This document shows, in pieces, positions 25,662 through 40,383 of a stretch of 64,000 bases of DNA. Under the pieces are notes generated by a model that searched no databases, had not been told where the DNA came from, and was given only the letters and a program-made list of their open reading frames with translations. Positions within the stretch are counted from its first letter, which is position 1; every line of letters starts with the position of its first letter. The stretch lies in assembly GCA_964016885.1 (NCBI GenBank), contig OZ024742.1, forward strand, positions 330,522,001 to 330,586,000. Direction: 5' to 3'. The translations under genes were made by a program, and so were the position numbers. The DNA comes from Eledone cirrhosa (Eukaryota).

Positions 25662-26714
25662 CTCTGAAGAAATAAATATGTATATATACATTTGTCATGT
25701 GCATGTACTAAAAGCTGCGCATCATATATATTGACTCGTGCGACATGTATAGATAATATCTTCTGCGTTTTCACTGCGTTCTTCGATATATGATTGTTCT
25801 CACTTGGACACTTTAATCATTGGCCAATCTTTTATTGTGGAATATCAAGCCTTGATTAGATAAATGAAATTAACAGTTGTCACAATCAGACTTGGAAATG
25901 TCAGAACATTCAAATAAAGAATAGCATTTAAGAATATAATAGAAATATCGGCAGCCTCTATGAATAGTTTCAACGCCAGCTGGAGGATGTAATATATAAA
26001 TAGTTAAAAGGGATGTTCATGACTTTTAAATTAATGCTAGTATTTGCACCAGCCAAGCAGGGAGTTTTACAAGTTCATTTGAGCCGAAAGAATTAGCAGA
26101 CAAATCTCCACCTGTCTACTATAGTAATAACTCAATTTTATAGAATGATTTCGGAATTATATTACATAGGAAGCAATAAACGATTACAATACATGTGGAG
26201 TTGTTAGTGGTTCTAGTCGTCCACGACTGGTCCGGGTCAAAACAAGAAAATCATTTGGTTGTATGTTAGGCTTTAAAATGATTGCAGAGTGACCTGTAAA
26301 CATACGAATACGTGAATACCGAGAATCGATTCGATTCTTGACAACTCTGAAGAAATAATTATTTATCCTGTATATATAATTCTGTTTTTTGTGGAGGGGG
26401 TATTGTTATAAAATAGCCTTTGTTAGGGAGGTGTATAATGTCCAGAATATGTCGACAGTTGTTACATATTATTTCTTGTTTCTCTGTTGTAATTTGAATT
26501 AAAATGTCTATATTATATCTAATGCTAGTTTCCATTAAAATTAATTATTTTTTAGTGAATTCTATATATATTTAATGGTGATGGGGAATTATAGACAACA
26601 GCTATTATAACATTTTGCATTGACAACTGAAATAAGTTTGAAGCCTGGATACATGGGCACTCAGATATACTCAATCGCACTGGCATCTTCTCTCTCTCTC
26701 CCTCTCTCTCTCTC

Positions 26715-26752
<38 letters not shown>

Positions 26753-27234
26753 CATGTGTGTATGCGTGTGCGTGTGCGTGTGTGTGTGCGTGTGGGTGTG
26801 TGTTTGTAAATAAATTTATATATCTCTGTAAAGTTTCAAACTATACACAGAAGCACACTCGCACATAGAAACATTGCATTCTCTACCTCTGTCATGGTGC
26901 TCTAATAATGTGATTCATGACAAAATCAATATACAATTATTATTTGACACTTTGATATAATAATTTATCTTCGATGAATAAAGTATGAAATCGGAGTAGA
27001 AAATCATGCATGAATTAAATATTATGCTACTGCTTTGAAGCTCATACCTCCATTGACAATCATCGAAGTGTCAAATAAAGCTGTTTTATTTTATTTTATT
27101 TTTTTTTTCTGCTGTGACTTTATCTGATTCTGAATGATTATAACAACATGGCTGGTGATAAGATATACATACATACACACACGCAAACACACACATATAC
27201 TCACACACATACATACAAGACTTGCACACGTAAA

Positions 27235-27333
<99 letters not shown>

Positions 27334-28249
27334 CTAAGGCTATCTTTCTGGGGGTGTGAGTATGCCCGGAATATATGATCTACTAAAAGATCCCCAACTA
27401 GCTTGCACCACAAATAAACTTGGGAAACGGAAGTTCACCTTCTACTATTCCATGTCGATCTCGTGTACATGGAGCTCCATAGTCTTAATTTTCAAATCAT
27501 CTGTGCGAGGGACCCTAAGAATCCCCCTGGCTCGTGCCAAGGCAAGAATATTTTACAAGATACGATAAACACCGAACATTTATTACGACATTCTTCTGGG
27601 TGAGGCAAAATCTGAAGTGAATCCTCTGGATTACGTGTTACACACGTGTTGTACAAATATCTGTAACTATAAAACCAGATGTTGAGCTGCCACCTTTGCG
27701 ATCTTCTCATCTATCATTCTATATCCCTAATCAATAAATGTCGAGGACCTAAATAATTGGAACAATATAAAGATTGGGCCAAGTAGTGTAGCTACAGGGG
27801 CGAATGTACGTCAGTGGTGTACCTCCAATTCTGAAGTTTCGTCAACTCGAGAAATATAGTATAAATGGTAGTACGGATTGTTCCCCAGACAACTGAGCTG
27901 ATATGTCCCGTGTATGTTTAGACTTGCTGAAATGATTATGGTAAGGTTCAGACAAAATGAAAACATCGTACACACACACACATTTATATATAAACGAACA
28001 TACAGTCACCACACACACAGACACAAAGAAATATATATATATATATATATACATGTGTGTGTGTGTGTGGGGGGGGGGTCTAGAAAGTGAGAAGGCGTGT
28101 CGCTTAGAATGAATGTGGATTATATAGAGTTATAAATGTATATAAATATAGAAATGTCAACAACTATATTCATGTATCAATTAATGTATTTAACCATCCA
28201 GTTTCATCGAGATTAAGTGAAATATTCAGTTAAAGTAGGTTAGTTTAAT

Positions 28250-28800
28250 ACAGTTACAAATGATACAACTGTGTCCAACTGAAATGGGAGAGCAGCATTG
28301 TTTACTTCACGATGACATGACACTAAAATGGCTTAGATGGAATACTATGTTAGCGCTCCAGAAGCCATCTGCAGGCTGTTAATTTTCTAAGAGCATGAGA
28401 GTTCCCACTCTGCAATATGCCACTTAATCCATTCTTGAACAAAAGCTGACAATTTATGTTTAAGAGTAGCATGAGGAGAAACCTGCCAAAGTTTTATGGG
28501 AGAAATGCCGATCATACAATGTCGTTTCATCTAAACGAAGGCGTCACACCAGCGAGAGTTTACGTCTACACGAGGACAACCTAACACTTTGATTTTTGAT
28601 TAAAAGTATTCTATATGGAAGCTAAGAACACATGCTGGAGAAATATTAATACCAATATGCACACAGTTTGCTTCAGAATGGCAGAATGGCTTTATATCGG
28701 GCTTCTAACATCGCACGTAAAAGAAGCAATATAATTTGAAGCAATGCAGACACTTGACAAGAAGCACAAGAAAGCACCGATTTTGTGAACAACAACAGCG
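28250..28800 (+). mobile_element. Helitron RepHel relic
   Basis: LDG.YVSAPEAICRLLIF*EHESSH near 28330-28410 resembles the conserved RYVSAPEA.WR motif between the Rep and helicase domains. Confidence 0.55.
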
Positions 28801-29248
28801 GCGTATACTGTGAATTGCTGAGCAGAATTCAGAAATCCTAAGCCAACACCTTGCATATAATTTAAATAAGATGTAATAGGTTATTTTCATCAGTAAGTAC
28901 ATCACGTCATTCATGTTGGTATGGGACATTCGAAATCATTTAAAAGTTATTTGTACATTCTTTTGTGAAAATATTTGTTCAATAACGATATAGCTGTTGA
29001 CATTATGCCTAAAATGCAGAGGGGTATTACAATGGGGAGTAAAATGTTTGTCATTATAATGAGACCCTACTTTAAGTTGTTAATATAGTTAATCCTGTAT
29101 GACATATGTACATATGTAATACTATCATTGAAATGAATTAGTAAAACATATATGTTGCTTTTAATCGGCGAGTCAAAACCAACGCCGTAGACTTGCTCAT
29201 ATAAAAACATTAATTTATCTAAATGAAAATGTAGTAGGTATATGACGA

Positions 29249-29289
<41 letters not shown>

Positions 29290-29294
<5 letters not shown>

Positions 29295-29565
29295 AACCAG
29301 TAAGACCCCGACAGCTGAGCTCAAGCCGTTTCGACGGCTAATTCTAACAACACCGACTTACATTTGGAGAGGTTGATCTGCCAGCTCAACCTCTCCAAAT
29401 GCAAGTCGGTGTTGTTACGGTATGTCGAATCTATTTATCTATAGAACTGTTTATATTGTATTTTGTCTGAGGAAGGCATAGCATATTGTTAATATGATAT
29501 CCCCGAAATATATATAATGAAATAAATATGGTTTTATAAATATAGTTTCCATTTATTTAATATTG
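29290..29565. mobile_element. Chimeric foldback: minus 3' half of the 47-49 kb family HHR, a 32-bp hairpin, then a different HHR-bearing family on plus
   Basis: 29290-29346 matches 47179-47235; hairpin arms 29345-29376/29386-29417; (TA)n on both sides. Confidence 0.75.
29459..29524 (+). ncRNA. Type I hammerhead ribozyme, AUA triplet
   Basis: TATTTTGT CTGAGGA AGGCATAGCATATT-GTT-AATATGATATCCCC GAAA TATAT ATA ATGAAATA. Confidence 0.65.
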
Positions 29566-29625
29566 TATATATATATATATATATTTATACATCTATAAAT
29601 ATATATGTGTGTGTATATGTATATA

Positions 29626-29708
<83 letters not shown>

Positions 29709-29754
29709 GGGGAGAGAGAGAACGAGAGAGAGAGAGAGAGTGAGAGAGAGAGAG

Positions 29755-30085
29755 TAAGGAAAAGCGAAGTAGTTTCAGATGTTCATGTCTTTTAATAATA
29801 ATTGTGTCTACTTTTGACACAAGGCCAGCAATTACCCAGTGCATTACTGGTACTTTATTTTACCGACCCCGTAAGGATGAAAGGCAGAGTTAACCTTGGC
29901 GGGATTTGAATTGGTGTTGGATGCTTAACGTCTTTTAATAATAATGCTGTGATATATTTTCCAATGACGACACTGGCCACACTGTTCTGGGTGCGAGTGT
30001 CGCGACATCGTCAGACAGCTTGTAACATAATAAGGTTATGTTTCCAAGGCAATCCAAATTGAATCGATTTAAATATCGATATAAA
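29755..30085 (-). mobile_element. Third, truncated copy of the 33.6-35.7 kb family with slightly decayed HHR (29946-30019) and an inserted SINE fragment (29800-29910)
   Basis: Aligns with 33610-33777; reverse complement reads GCTGT CTGACGA ... GAAA ATAT ATC ACAGC. Confidence 0.8.
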
Positions 30086-30088
30086 TAT

Positions 30089-30127
<39 letters not shown>

Positions 30128-30146
30128 TTATGTATATATATATGTA

Positions 30147-30243
<97 letters not shown>

Positions 30244-30294
30244 ATTTATATATATATATATTTATATATATATATATTTATATATATATATATT

Positions 30295-30407
<113 letters not shown>

Positions 30408-33144
30408 GGTGCCGATGCCCTCGTAGAGCAGAGTATGATATCACAGAAAAAAGAGAATCAGTGTTGTGATGAAAGGAATTTATTGGAAATATTACAATTG
30501 TTACTCGGACGACCAGCTCGAGACACAATCGAGGTGTTGATCAAACCTGACTCTGAAATCGCGCGGTCCTGGGATACGTCTCGATTCTACGAAGCAGATT
30601 TCCCTATTGGCCTTTAACATCGAATTCCATTGTTTGTCGATTTAGATCCTGTTGTTGTCATTCCATGAGTGATCAAGAATTGTACACGTCACCGGTATTT
30701 CTAGCCATTCATGGTTGCCCACTGCTCGGTTATTCTCGTTCTCCTCCTGTCAATCAAAATTTCTCCATATATCAGAATTACTACTGTGTTGGGAGAGTGG
30801 CTGTAATCTTGAACGGCCGGCATTACTTCGACGTCTTCATTGTCCCTAGGCGCCCTAATCCACAGTGGTATGCGGCATTCATTGTGAATAATGATTTGCG
30901 GGAATTTAAAAAAAAAAAAAATCATATGGATATTTAGCATAACATTTGAAGGACACAGCCTTAGAATACCCTCCACCATACATATTTCAAAAAGAAAAAG
31001 AAAAAACCTGTATTAAGAACGTTTTTAAATGAAAGCTTTCACCAGCCTTTCAAATTGGAAGGCTATATCAAAAGGTGTTTTCAACAAATACACCCAATTC
31101 TCCACTCACACACTGGACTCAGGGAAGCGCCCATAGCTAAGACGCCGCATATATATAGACAGACGTAAAAAGAAAAATCCATAGGTAGTCATCCATACCT
31201 CCACGCAGTCATGTTCAGACAAATACATCGACCCAGACATGCGCACACCCGTGCTCCCACACTGGAGGCATATACTTGATGAGTACCCCTTCATCTGTCT
31301 TCATACGCGCAGCTGCGCAGATGGCGCACACACTATTGTATGAGACAATGCTTTTGAGGCTTTGACCCAACCCGGTCATGTGGCGGTATGAGTCCGAAAC
31401 TAGTTGCACAATATGCCTAAATAGGTGAAATACAATATCCCTGGTGGCAGCACAATATCCCTGCACTAATCACATATAGCGTGGGTGGCACATATATAAC
31501 AAAATGCCTGTACGTGCATAACATAAAATAATGACATAATATACAATAATTGTTTCTTATAGACATAATATACAAAAATAAAATAAAATAAGATAAAATA
31601 CAATATATATATATATATATATATAAGAATATTCTATATTTATATATATATAGTAGTTGTATGGTTGCAAGAAAATTGCGTCCGTAGGCGGTATGCCGGT
31701 TATGCACTCGATGCTCGCACAGAGCAGAGTGTAATACTATAAGGATAGAAGGAACACGGATTCAGTCTTGCATCATAACATATTTAATAACATATTACAT
31801 ATATTTCACTATCGATCAGCTCAAGGAAAGCCCTATTATAGATGGAACCTGACTCTGTAATCGAAACGTCGTCAAACATGCTTGCTACATGATCTCGTCT
31901 CCAATTCTGTGTCATAGAATATCATAAACCAATATATTCATATATAATTGTGAGAAGGTCTGGCGTTGGTTTAATTGGTTTCAATATTTTCCTTTACAAT
32001 TCTTTTGTTTATTCATATATAAAATATTATTCTTTTTCTTATCTAATTTTACCTGATATTACACTCATTTGTAATAGTTATTATCGCCACCAAAACAAAT
32101 ATGTTCATATTGTCAAATGAAATATATGCATGTTCCTAGAATTTCAAAACCAGCCATACCTTCAATGCTTAAATTATTTCCCACGTAGTAAATAATCTAA
32201 TGAATATTAAGAATACAGAACATTATTATATGAAATGATTTAATTTGTGCGGGAATACTTTAGTATATTATTATGGTGAATTGATTAACTTATATGCTAT
32301 ATTATATATTTATTTTGTTGACGCAGTAATACAATTATTTTCATCCGGAAGAAATAAGTTTTATACTTATATGATAAATATATAAAATTTTACTTTTTAT
32401 TTCACACTCGCTCTCACCATTTCTCTCTCTATAGAGAGAGAAAAAGATAGAAGGAGATGGAGAGAAACAGACACACGGAATGAGATGGATGCAGAATATG
32501 AATAAGGCAAATAATGACATGCAGAGAAAAATGTTCCTTTCAAAAGAACGACCTATTCTACTATTGACCTGATCTTAATGGCTTTCCCTTCTACACCTGG
32601 CGTATGACAAAATTGTACAAATATTGCAAATGGCAGTGTGCATTAAAGTGAATAAAAATACAAGTATTAATTAATATGAAACTATTTATGATTACTTTTA
32701 CTTACATCAAATGTAATTCAAGAAATTGATTTCATAATTTGTTTACGTTGTAAATATATTTCAAATATATTTTTTTTCTTTACGAGCTGTTTACAAAATT
32801 TGCTATTTTTTATATTAATGGTAATGTTTGTTTACTCCCATATATTAATTAAAGAAAGTAGAGCTATAATTACAACAGGAATATAATAGCATTCTTAATG
32901 AATGACAAGTGAGTATAAGTGGAAGTACTAATTAAAGGAAATAATTATCAGTTATTGTGTTTTTTTGGTTGATGTTCTTAAGAATTACAGCTTTTAATAA
33001 AAATATGTAATTAATAATTGACCGATTTAAAGAAAAGTGAAACGTTTATAATATGAGGTTGTGCAATATTACTTAATCAAGAGTTGAACTATGAACTATG
33101 ACCAACGATTATATGTCTATATAAACCCTGATGAATGAAAAAGA

Positions 33145-33322
33145 ATTGGCAGTATCGGTAGAGGGTAGGATATGCTTTCCAGCATAGTTACGTCCCTTTA
33201 CGATCTGAGTTCAATTCCCGCCGAGGTTTACTTTGCCTTTCATCCTTACGGGGTCGATAAAATAAAGTACCAGTAATGTACTGGGATAATTGCTGGCCTT
33301 GTGCCAAAAGTAGAAACAATTA
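33145..33322 (+). mobile_element. SINE family A
   Basis: Full head, B-box-like motif, core and 3' end. Confidence 0.9.
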
Positions 33323-33427
33323 TAAATATTAGTGGAAATCGGATTCTACAGAGGGAAATTGAGAACAACAATGCGTTAGCGACTGTTATTACGACACATG
33401 CTGTGGGCCAACCATATTTCTTAATTT

Positions 33428-33510
<83 letters not shown>

Positions 33511-33655
33511 ATATATATATATACACACAAACAGATAAACGAATGGATATATATAACGAGAAAAGGGAGACACACAGGAATATGTATATATATATATATA
33601 TATAGAATAAGTAAAAGCGAAGTAGATTCAGATGTTCAAGTCCTTTAATAATAAT

Positions 33656-33729
33656 GCCGTGATATATATTTCAATGACGACACTGGCTACACTGTTCTGT
33701 GTGCGAGTGTCGTGACATCATCAGACAGC
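33656..33729 (-). ncRNA. Type I hammerhead ribozyme, intact core, AUC triplet, long stem II
   Basis: GCTGT CTGATGA TGTCACGACACT...AGTGTCGTCATT GAAA TATAT ATC ACGGC. Confidence 0.8.
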
Positions 33730-35372
33730 TTGTTACATAATGAGTTTATGTTTCCGAGGCAATCCAATTTGAATCGACATGGGTGCTGACGAAGTGTGTG
33801 CTTTTGGGTTCTTCATCCGTTCCCCTGTGAGTACCAATTCATCCCTACCGGTCTGCGCATGCGCGTGTCCGAAGAAAGTTGACCATTAGCTGCCGCAGAT
33901 TTCAACGAAATTCGCTTAGTCAGTTCACCCTCTCAGCAAAACAATGACCCAAAGTACCATAGTTTACTGCTACCCATCTCGACTGTGGCAGTCAGCCGAA
34001 AGCCAGAGAAGATGGGAGAATGTTAGTTTTTACAGATCACAATACTACCTCTCACCAAGCATGGACAGTACAACTGGCCATCAACTCCCAAGAGAAAATA
34101 TACTTAATTCTAGGTATCATTGGAAGTTATGAGTGAGAGTTGGAAATAAAAATTAAAATCCTAAATCAAAAATTATAAATTAAACAATTAAAAAATTAAC
34201 AATTAGAAATTAAAAGAATTTTCAAGTGAGAATCCGGATTGAGGTGAGTAAAAAAACATATAGATTGAAGTGAGTAAATAATATGGCGAGAGATGTTTAA
34301 ATAAGAAGTTCTGAGAGGGGTGCCAATGTCACAGTTACACTATCCACATATTGAACGATAGTGCCGTACATTAAAATTATGGTAAACTACAGTATTAAAG
34401 GCAGTAGTCAATTTAGTACATAGTCATAATTTCCATCACATGGAACAAAACCAAAGAAAAACAGATATAACGTACACAAAAGAAAAGAACCAATAATGAA
34501 TAAATGCAAAAACACAGAGTACATATATGCAAAATGATCCATATGATTGTCAATTTGTCAATGTATAGATTGAATTGAGGGGGCTTCTGTTCAAAAGCGA
34601 TTTGGTGCAGGAAAATATGGGTTTATCTTAGTTTTTCTTTGGTTTTGTTCCATGTGATGGAAATTATGACCGTGTACCAGATTGACTACTGCCTTTAATA
34701 CTGTAGTTTGCCCACCGTTCTAATGTACGGCACTATCGTTCAATATGTGGTTAGATTAACTGTGACATTGGAACCCCTCTCAGAACTTCTTATTTAAACA
34801 TATCTCTCCATATTATTTACTCACTTCAATCTATATGTTTTTTTACTCACCTCAATCCGGATTCACACTTGAACATTTTTTTTAAATTCTAATTGTTAAT
34901 TTTTTAATTGTTTAATTTCTAATTTTTGATTTAGGATTTTAATTTTTATTTCCAACTATCACTCATAACTTCCAATGATATCTAGAATTAAGTATATTTT
35001 CTCTTAGGGGTTGATGGTCAGTGGTACTGTCCATGCTTGGTGAGAGGTAGTATTGAGACCGGTAAACACTAACATTGTCATATCCCCTCTGGCTTTCCGC
35101 TGACTGCTACAGACGGGATGGGTAGCAGTAAACTATGGTACAAGCCTGAATGGGTCATTGTTTGGCTGAGAGGGGGACCTGACTAAGCGAATTTCGTTGA
35201 AATCTGCGGTAGCTAATGGTCAACTTCCTTCGGACATGCGCCTGCGCAGACCGGTGGGGGTGAATTGGTACTCACAGGGGAACGGATGAAGAGCCCAAAA
35301 GCACACACTTCGTCCGTTCCCATGTCGATTCAACTTCGATTGGCTCGGAAACATAACCTTATTATGTAAGAA

Positions 35373-35446
35373 GCTGTCTGATGATGTCACGATGCTCGCA
35401 CACAGAACAGTGTGGCCAGTGTCGTCATCGAATTATATATCACAGC
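35373..35446 (+). ncRNA. Hammerhead ribozyme copy with GAAA to GAAT mutation
   Basis: GCTGT CTGATGA ... GAAT TATAT ATC ACAGC. Confidence 0.7.
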
Positions 35447-35454
35447 ATTATTAT

Positions 35455-35640
35455 TGGTGGATTGGCAGTATCGGTAGAGGGTCGGACGCCATGCTTTCCA
35501 GCATAGTTATGTCCCTTTACGATCTGAGTTCGAATCCGGCCAAGGTTGACTTTGCCTTACATCCTTACGGGGTCGATAAAATAAAGTACCAGCAATGCAC
35601 TGGGAAATTGCTGGCCTTGTGCCTAAAGTAGAAATTATTA
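35455..35640 (+). mobile_element. SINE family A inserted in the (ATT)n just 3' of the HHR
   Basis: Absent from the left arm; B-box GAGTTCGAATCC. Confidence 0.9.
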
Positions 35641-38600
35641 TTATTAGAGGACTTGAACATCTGAAACTACTTCGCTTTTACTTATTCGATATTTACTCCT
35701 TCACTCCTATGTGGAAAAAGAGTGTTGAGTGCTTGATTTGAATTGCATCAATATTTACCCTATGTATATATATATATATATACACAAAATATATGCATAT
35801 ATATATAAATATACTGCACACCTACTCTTTCTGATATATGCTTATGATATATGTTTATTTACTAATTATGTCTTGCACTATACTAAACGTCTTTATAGCA
35901 GCATGTTTTAAAAAAATGTTAATATTTTAGCTGCTTCTAATTTCATTTTATTGCATTTATAAGATCATATTTTTCATATGCTTCTTCTAAATTTGACATA
36001 TTTTCTTATATAAATGCTGTTACTTATACTTTCTTTCCATATTATGTATCCTCAAAATATTCTTATGACAAAGTTCTTATATTTTATTTGTGATTTACCC
36101 TTTATTATATATTCTGGTGGCCGCGGCCTTGTGACAGGATGAAACGATCGTAAGTGATTAAATGCTTTACACACTCACTGATTGTTGTTTATAAAGTAAT
36201 ATAACCATGTATGCATACACACACACTAACACACACATACATATACACACACAAACTACCCAAAACCCACCCACCCACCCCACACACATATATATATATA
36301 TATATATACATACGAGGAAGGTACGCTTAGCATTGCTCCCTACAAATCATTTACCGCGCCTCTCACAGTTATTGTCGCAGACGCCCTATAAACACATGCG
36401 TGTTTTTTGTCTCAACTCAAGCATAATTGTATACATTTAATAGCTTAATTAATAAAATGGGTTACTGGTGAGGGTGAGTTTCTTTGAATTATGCATAACA
36501 GGGCATATTAGTCGCGATAACGGTTAACAATGAGGATCACACACACACAGATATATATATGATCCCCATGTTCAATCGGAGTTAACCACAGTATCTAAGT
36601 TACTCAATACATTACTAGAGTGTAACCATCAAGTTTTATACAGAAATGTTTTCTACAGGACTAGAAGCGTTCATTCAAATAAAACAGTTCTAATGCTGTA
36701 GAAGCCATTTCTCTCTACATATAAGAAAGTAAGGGTTTTTTTTTAATGTCCAACAAGGGCAGAAATATAAGGGAAATATTTTGAAAATGTAAGTGGAGTC
36801 TTTTCAGGATATTTATTTACTTTACCTGTCTCACAGTTCTTATGTTTATCAAAAGTAAAATTGAGATGGAGGGTTTGTTCTTCTGGTTCGGTGTGTCATT
36901 CATCAAACTGGAATGTGAAGTTTTTATCTTTTTAAAGCAACAAAAAGTGGCTGAGATTCCTCCTTCTTTAAAATGCAATTTTGTTTGTTGTTAGCAGTCA
37001 CTTGATTAGGTCCAGTAATCTTTGCGCCAGAAAAAGTGTCTCAAAATTGCTATTTGCGATTTTATTGGCTGGTTACTGTCACATGTTTAGGCATAGTAAT
37101 TTTTGCGCCAAAAGTGGATGATCAGAAGATGAAAGAGGATAAGAAAATGGAAATGTTATGGTTCAGTGTGTTTATTTATTCTTATATAACACTATATATT
37201 TGTGTGTACGTTTGCATTGCAGTTAAATTATCGGTGATTATGTTAATATGTTTCAAATTGAAACCATTATTTCATCAGGGGAGACGTATTTTGCATTACT
37301 GCAGAATTGATTCCACCACCAAGTTGTATAATGGTTTTATTAGTCTTAAATATGATTATTTCATCTCTCTCTATCTATCTTTCTCCCCCTCTTTGTCCCT
37401 CTCTCGCTATCTTTCTCTCTCTCTCTATCTCTCTGTTTCTATACACATCCCACATATATATGTGGTGGAGGTGGAGGTGCGTGTATTTATATCTAGTATC
37501 TTTGAACTATGCGTGTGTCTACAGTTTGATGTTGCATGTCAACGAGAATACTAAAACTATACGGTGAACTTTCTTAGTCATATTTCGGCTCTGCCTAATG
37601 ACACGCATTCATTTTTGGTTCTCAACTATTTGTGGTTCCAGAAATGGAATGAACCAGCGATTGCTCGGTTGAAAACCTCGAACTCTTGAAGCAATTGCGG
37701 TTCGAAATAAATAAATAAATAAATAAGTCAATGGATAGCTGTATATCCATACAGGTCTGAAGGACTTTATTAATGGAAGTGAAGCAAATTGTATTCAATG
37801 GAGTTCATGAAACAGAATAAACTAAATTGCTGTGGGGGAAAGAATTTCTAGCTGAAAATTCTGGAAGACAATTTTCTTCTGCTCACGGCACATTAATTTA
37901 ATCTATTTTGCAAACTTTACTGAATCCAATTAACGTAAACAATTCACCAACACAGACCGCCACAAGTATCATTGCATTCTAGCGATTTCAATTGAATGTA
38001 TTCGTTAATTGAAATGTTATGGCAGACAGGACTGCCTGAAACTTGGATTATGATAGTTGCCCTTCTATCGACGCATTTATGGCAACTTTATCATTTGACT
38101 AAATAGGAAGAACCTATAATTTCGTAGTAGAATCAAACGAACTTTTAAACTTAATGCATTTGCTGAAAATTAGATCGTCTAATAAAATAATTCATTTTCT
38201 AGCCTTTTATCTGAAAACTCTTCTCTGATTCGGCTTACGTTTATTTCCTTTCTTTTAATTGAGGGCTCATTATTTGTATTTGAAATTTGTGCTTGATGTG
38301 TATTACTTTGTATTGACTAACACAAAACCTATATTTTACTAATATGAGAAGTGTGTCAAATCATGTCAAATTGTTGCAATAGAAAATTCATTTCACTATG
38401 TACAGCTTAGGAACATTTCTTCGTAAGCAGGATTTATTTATAGACAAATAGATGTGATGAGGGGGTGAGAAATCTAGAAGAAATTCAAATACGATAGGTA
38501 TGTGTTGGTGTATGATATATAGACAGTGTTGTGATATATTTTCATGTGGTTGCGAATATCCTAGATGTCATGGGGACACAAATACTTCTGGTAGAAGTAA

Positions 38601-39762
38601 TCATAGAAAAAAAGCAAAGAATATCAAGAGGGAAAGTATGTGATTAAGCGAATTTGTGGTTTTATTTATTGATAACATTTAATACTTCAATTATATTACA
38701 TAACAAATAATCTATTGAATATATGAAACAGCCAAATGATTGTGTTTGCATGGATGATGTTATTACGCGTTTTAATGGGAATATGAAAGATGGTTGACTA
38801 GCAGAAATGAAATATTAGCTCTGCCTCAACTTAACGACCGCGAAGGCTAATGATCCACACTCACCAGTCACCTGTGCTTTGTATTAGTCGTACCTGGGCT
38901 AATCCTCGATCTACTATCCACATCTACTATATTATTCCACCAGGAATCCAGTGATGTAACCCCACAACACCACGTTGATGAACCTGCAAGGGCTCCAGCA
39001 TTTCTCATTCCGTTAAACTTCCAATTCTGGTTCTATTTGTATACTATTAAAAATACACACAATAACACCCAACCGTTTTGAAAGTTATATTCGTTCGAAA
39101 CACGTACAAAATCACAAGAACATACATAAATTACACCTCTAAAAATAATTATATATAAATGAGTGTGTGTGTTGGGGGGGGGGACATGCGTGTGTGTGTG
39201 TGTGTGTGTAAACAAACATAATATGCCATGGAAACGTTGGCCGTGAAATAAGATCATCGCTAACAACGCATAGATAACCCTTTACGGTTGTCCTCCAAGC
39301 TGCAAGAAATAGTAGGCCTGTTGTTTAGCATAACCCAGGATGTTTTTCGTCTTCTATGATGCTATGAAATGAGAATCAATAAACTTTCCTGAATATACTC
39401 TTATTCCATTGCTGTACTGATCGATTGTCCGTTTTCGTTTTTGTTTGATGGTTCTAAACATCTAACAATCATCTCCCTTTTATGTGATTTATATATCCTT
39501 TTTTATCTTTAATTTTTAGTTTTTAATTCCTATTAATTCTTTTTAATTGTAATACTCAATATTTGATGAGATGAATGTTATTAATACTTCGAAACGGGTT
39601 ATACTTTATATACATTATAAAACACTCTTTTAAAAGAGTTGTCACTCTCACTTTTTTTCAATTATGTCACTTTGACCAATCAATAAAGGAAAAAAGGGAA
39701 AAACAGAATCCTAAATATATTTTCCATTTCAGATTAAACATCTCTCCTGCTTTATCTATATC

Positions 39763-39850
<88 letters not shown>

Positions 39851-40127
39851 TGTTAAGCCAAAATCCATATTTGGTGTGATACAAGTTAGACCGATAAAAA
39901 TAATTCTGTTCTACTCAGAATTCCCCGACCATGGTTTCTGGCGTTCAAGAAAAAACATTAATAATTCCAAGACATTTGAATAACAAATATTGGAAAAATT
40001 ACATGGATTTTGGATTAAGTTTTCATTTAATTTCTTCTCTGGGTAGATGGTTTATTAATGTATTTTATCGTTTTATTGAATAGCCTAAGTATTAGAAACA
40101 GCTAACTTTATAAACGTATATATATAT

Positions 40128-40308
40128 ATAGGAGAAAGTATGACTCCGACGACGGAGCTGAAGCCTTTCGACGGCTATAGCCGTCGAAACGGCTTCAGCT
40201 CTCTCGTCGCGGCCATACATTCTCCTATTACCCACTCTACTACCCTAAGTATTGAGTACTCTGGTGCGTTATGGTCCACCTGGTTCCTTACCACAACTCC
40301 TTCGTTAT
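40128..40308. mobile_element. Miniature foldback made of two HHR 3' halves plus tail (47-49 kb family)
   Basis: Palindrome centre ACGGCTA|TAGCCGT at 40177/40178; 40222-40308 is the reverse complement of 47097-47183. Confidence 0.8.
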
Positions 40309-40383
40309 ATATATATATATGTGTGTATAAATATGTATATATATGTATATATATATGTGTGTAGTCTGAGTATTTGGAATATT

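Larger units (their letters stand above)
33605..35761. mobile_element. Non-coding PLE-derived foldback: arms 33605-34470 / 34623-35688, tail to 35761
   Basis: ~870-bp diverged inverted arms, HHR near each outer end, flanked by (TA)n; the right arm carries a SINE. Confidence 0.88.

Noticed and set aside
33128-33145. CTGATGA..GAAA hammerhead candidate
   Set aside because: No stem II, stem I or cleavage triplet.
37036-38250. Possible host exon or transposase
   Set aside because: ORF is low-complexity, with no recognisable motif or convincing splice structure.
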